Below, one piece after another: positions 63,501 to 64,000 of a stretch of 64,000 bases of DNA; within the stretch, counting starts at the first letter, position 1; each line of letters starts with the position of its first letter. This DNA is from Anaeramoeba ignava BMAN. Its lineage: Eukaryota; Protista; Anaeramoebae. Where the stretch lies: positions 261,614-325,613 of the forward strand of contig JAPDFW010000084.1 in NCBI GenBank assembly GCA_028826165.1. The letters run 5' to 3'. The notes beneath the pieces were generated by a model, which worked only from the letters and a program-made list of their open reading frames with translations, was not told the DNA's origin and made no database searches. The position numbers were made by a program, and so were the translations under genes.

Positions 63501-63802
63501 TTAATTCCAAAAATATTTAATTCCAAAAATATTTAATTTAAAAATATTTTAATTTAAAAAGGTGGACTGGAAGATTGAATGGAAAAACAGGGCTTGCTCC
63601 TGCATCTTATTTACAAATTATCGTAACTCAACCAAATGAAGAATGGGGATATATTGCAATATCTTTTGCTGCAAGAGATACAGATGAATTAACAGTTGAA
63701 GCTGGAGAAAAAATTAGAATTTTACAAAAACTTGATGGTTGGAATCAAGTTATGAATTCAAGAGGACAAACAGGTTTAATTCCTTCTACAATTTTGAAGT
63801 GA
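60553..63802 (+). CDS. F-BAR (FCH) + two SH3 domain protein (Bzz1/FCHSD-like architecture), 6 exons
   Basis: FCH-like FVTERTKIENSHAAKY; coiled coil; SH3 ARALYDF...LAFYAGEEIEIL..SDPGWWTG...GLAPASY; second SH3 DELTVEAGEKI...GW...GLIPS. Divergent from Vps34 with ~150 bp between ATGs. Confidence 0.8.
62050..62575. repeat. Intronic (TTTTAA)n repeat
   Basis: F-BAR gene intron 4. Confidence 0.9.
62915..63560. repeat. Intronic repeat (CAAAAATATTTAATT[T/C])n
   Basis: F-BAR gene intron 5. Confidence 0.9.
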
Positions 63803-64000
63803 TTTAATAAGATTACATTTTTGATATTCATTTTAATTTTTGATATTCATTTTAATTTTCATTTTTTTCATTTTTGTTTTTTTTTTGTTTTTTTCGTTTT
63901 ACATTTTTGGTTTTGGTTTTGTTTGTTTTGCTTTTTGATTTTTTTAAGTAAAAAAAAATATCAGGATTAAAAGTAAAAAAACGAAAAATTCCAAATCAAA

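Noticed and set aside
1584-63802. Alternative genetic code
   Set aside because: TAA, TAG and TGA each end genes at plausible C-termini, and no in-frame stops remain after splicing apart from the indel sites.

Overview
Gene-dense, extremely AT-rich eukaryotic nuclear DNA using the standard code (TAA, TAG and TGA all serve as stops). It holds about 17 protein genes plus one partial gene. I traced about 45 GT-AG introns by hand; the long ones are filled almost entirely by simple AT repeats. A presequence-bearing long-type [FeFe]-hydrogenase, the intron richness and the (NQ)n coding tracts point to an anaerobic hydrogenosome-bearing protist, most like Anaeramoeba (inference, not verified). Genes recognised: NT-C2/DIL protein, NCKAP1, Med9, BRO1-domain protein, MECR/Etr1, SH3-PX-BAR sorting nexin, TCAB1/WRAP53, a DHYC-variant palmitoyltransferase, a coilin-like protein, HutI, PIG-Y, a TBC Rab-GAP, a LYST-like BEACH protein, [FeFe]-hydrogenase, Vps34 and an F-BAR/2xSH3 protein. 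The strongest novelty lead is a type-II tRNA gene (16055-16197, minus strand). Its anticodon arm is interrupted at a non-canonical position by a ~61-nt insert that folds like a single-hairpin box H/ACA guide RNA. Other leads are a compact coilin candidate near TCAB1, a DHHC enzyme lacking its second zinc site, a predicted 5'-UTR intron and tandem AP-1-like sites at the hydrogenase, and 'ghost' exon fragments inside repeats. Several 1-nt frameshifts are probably assembly errors.
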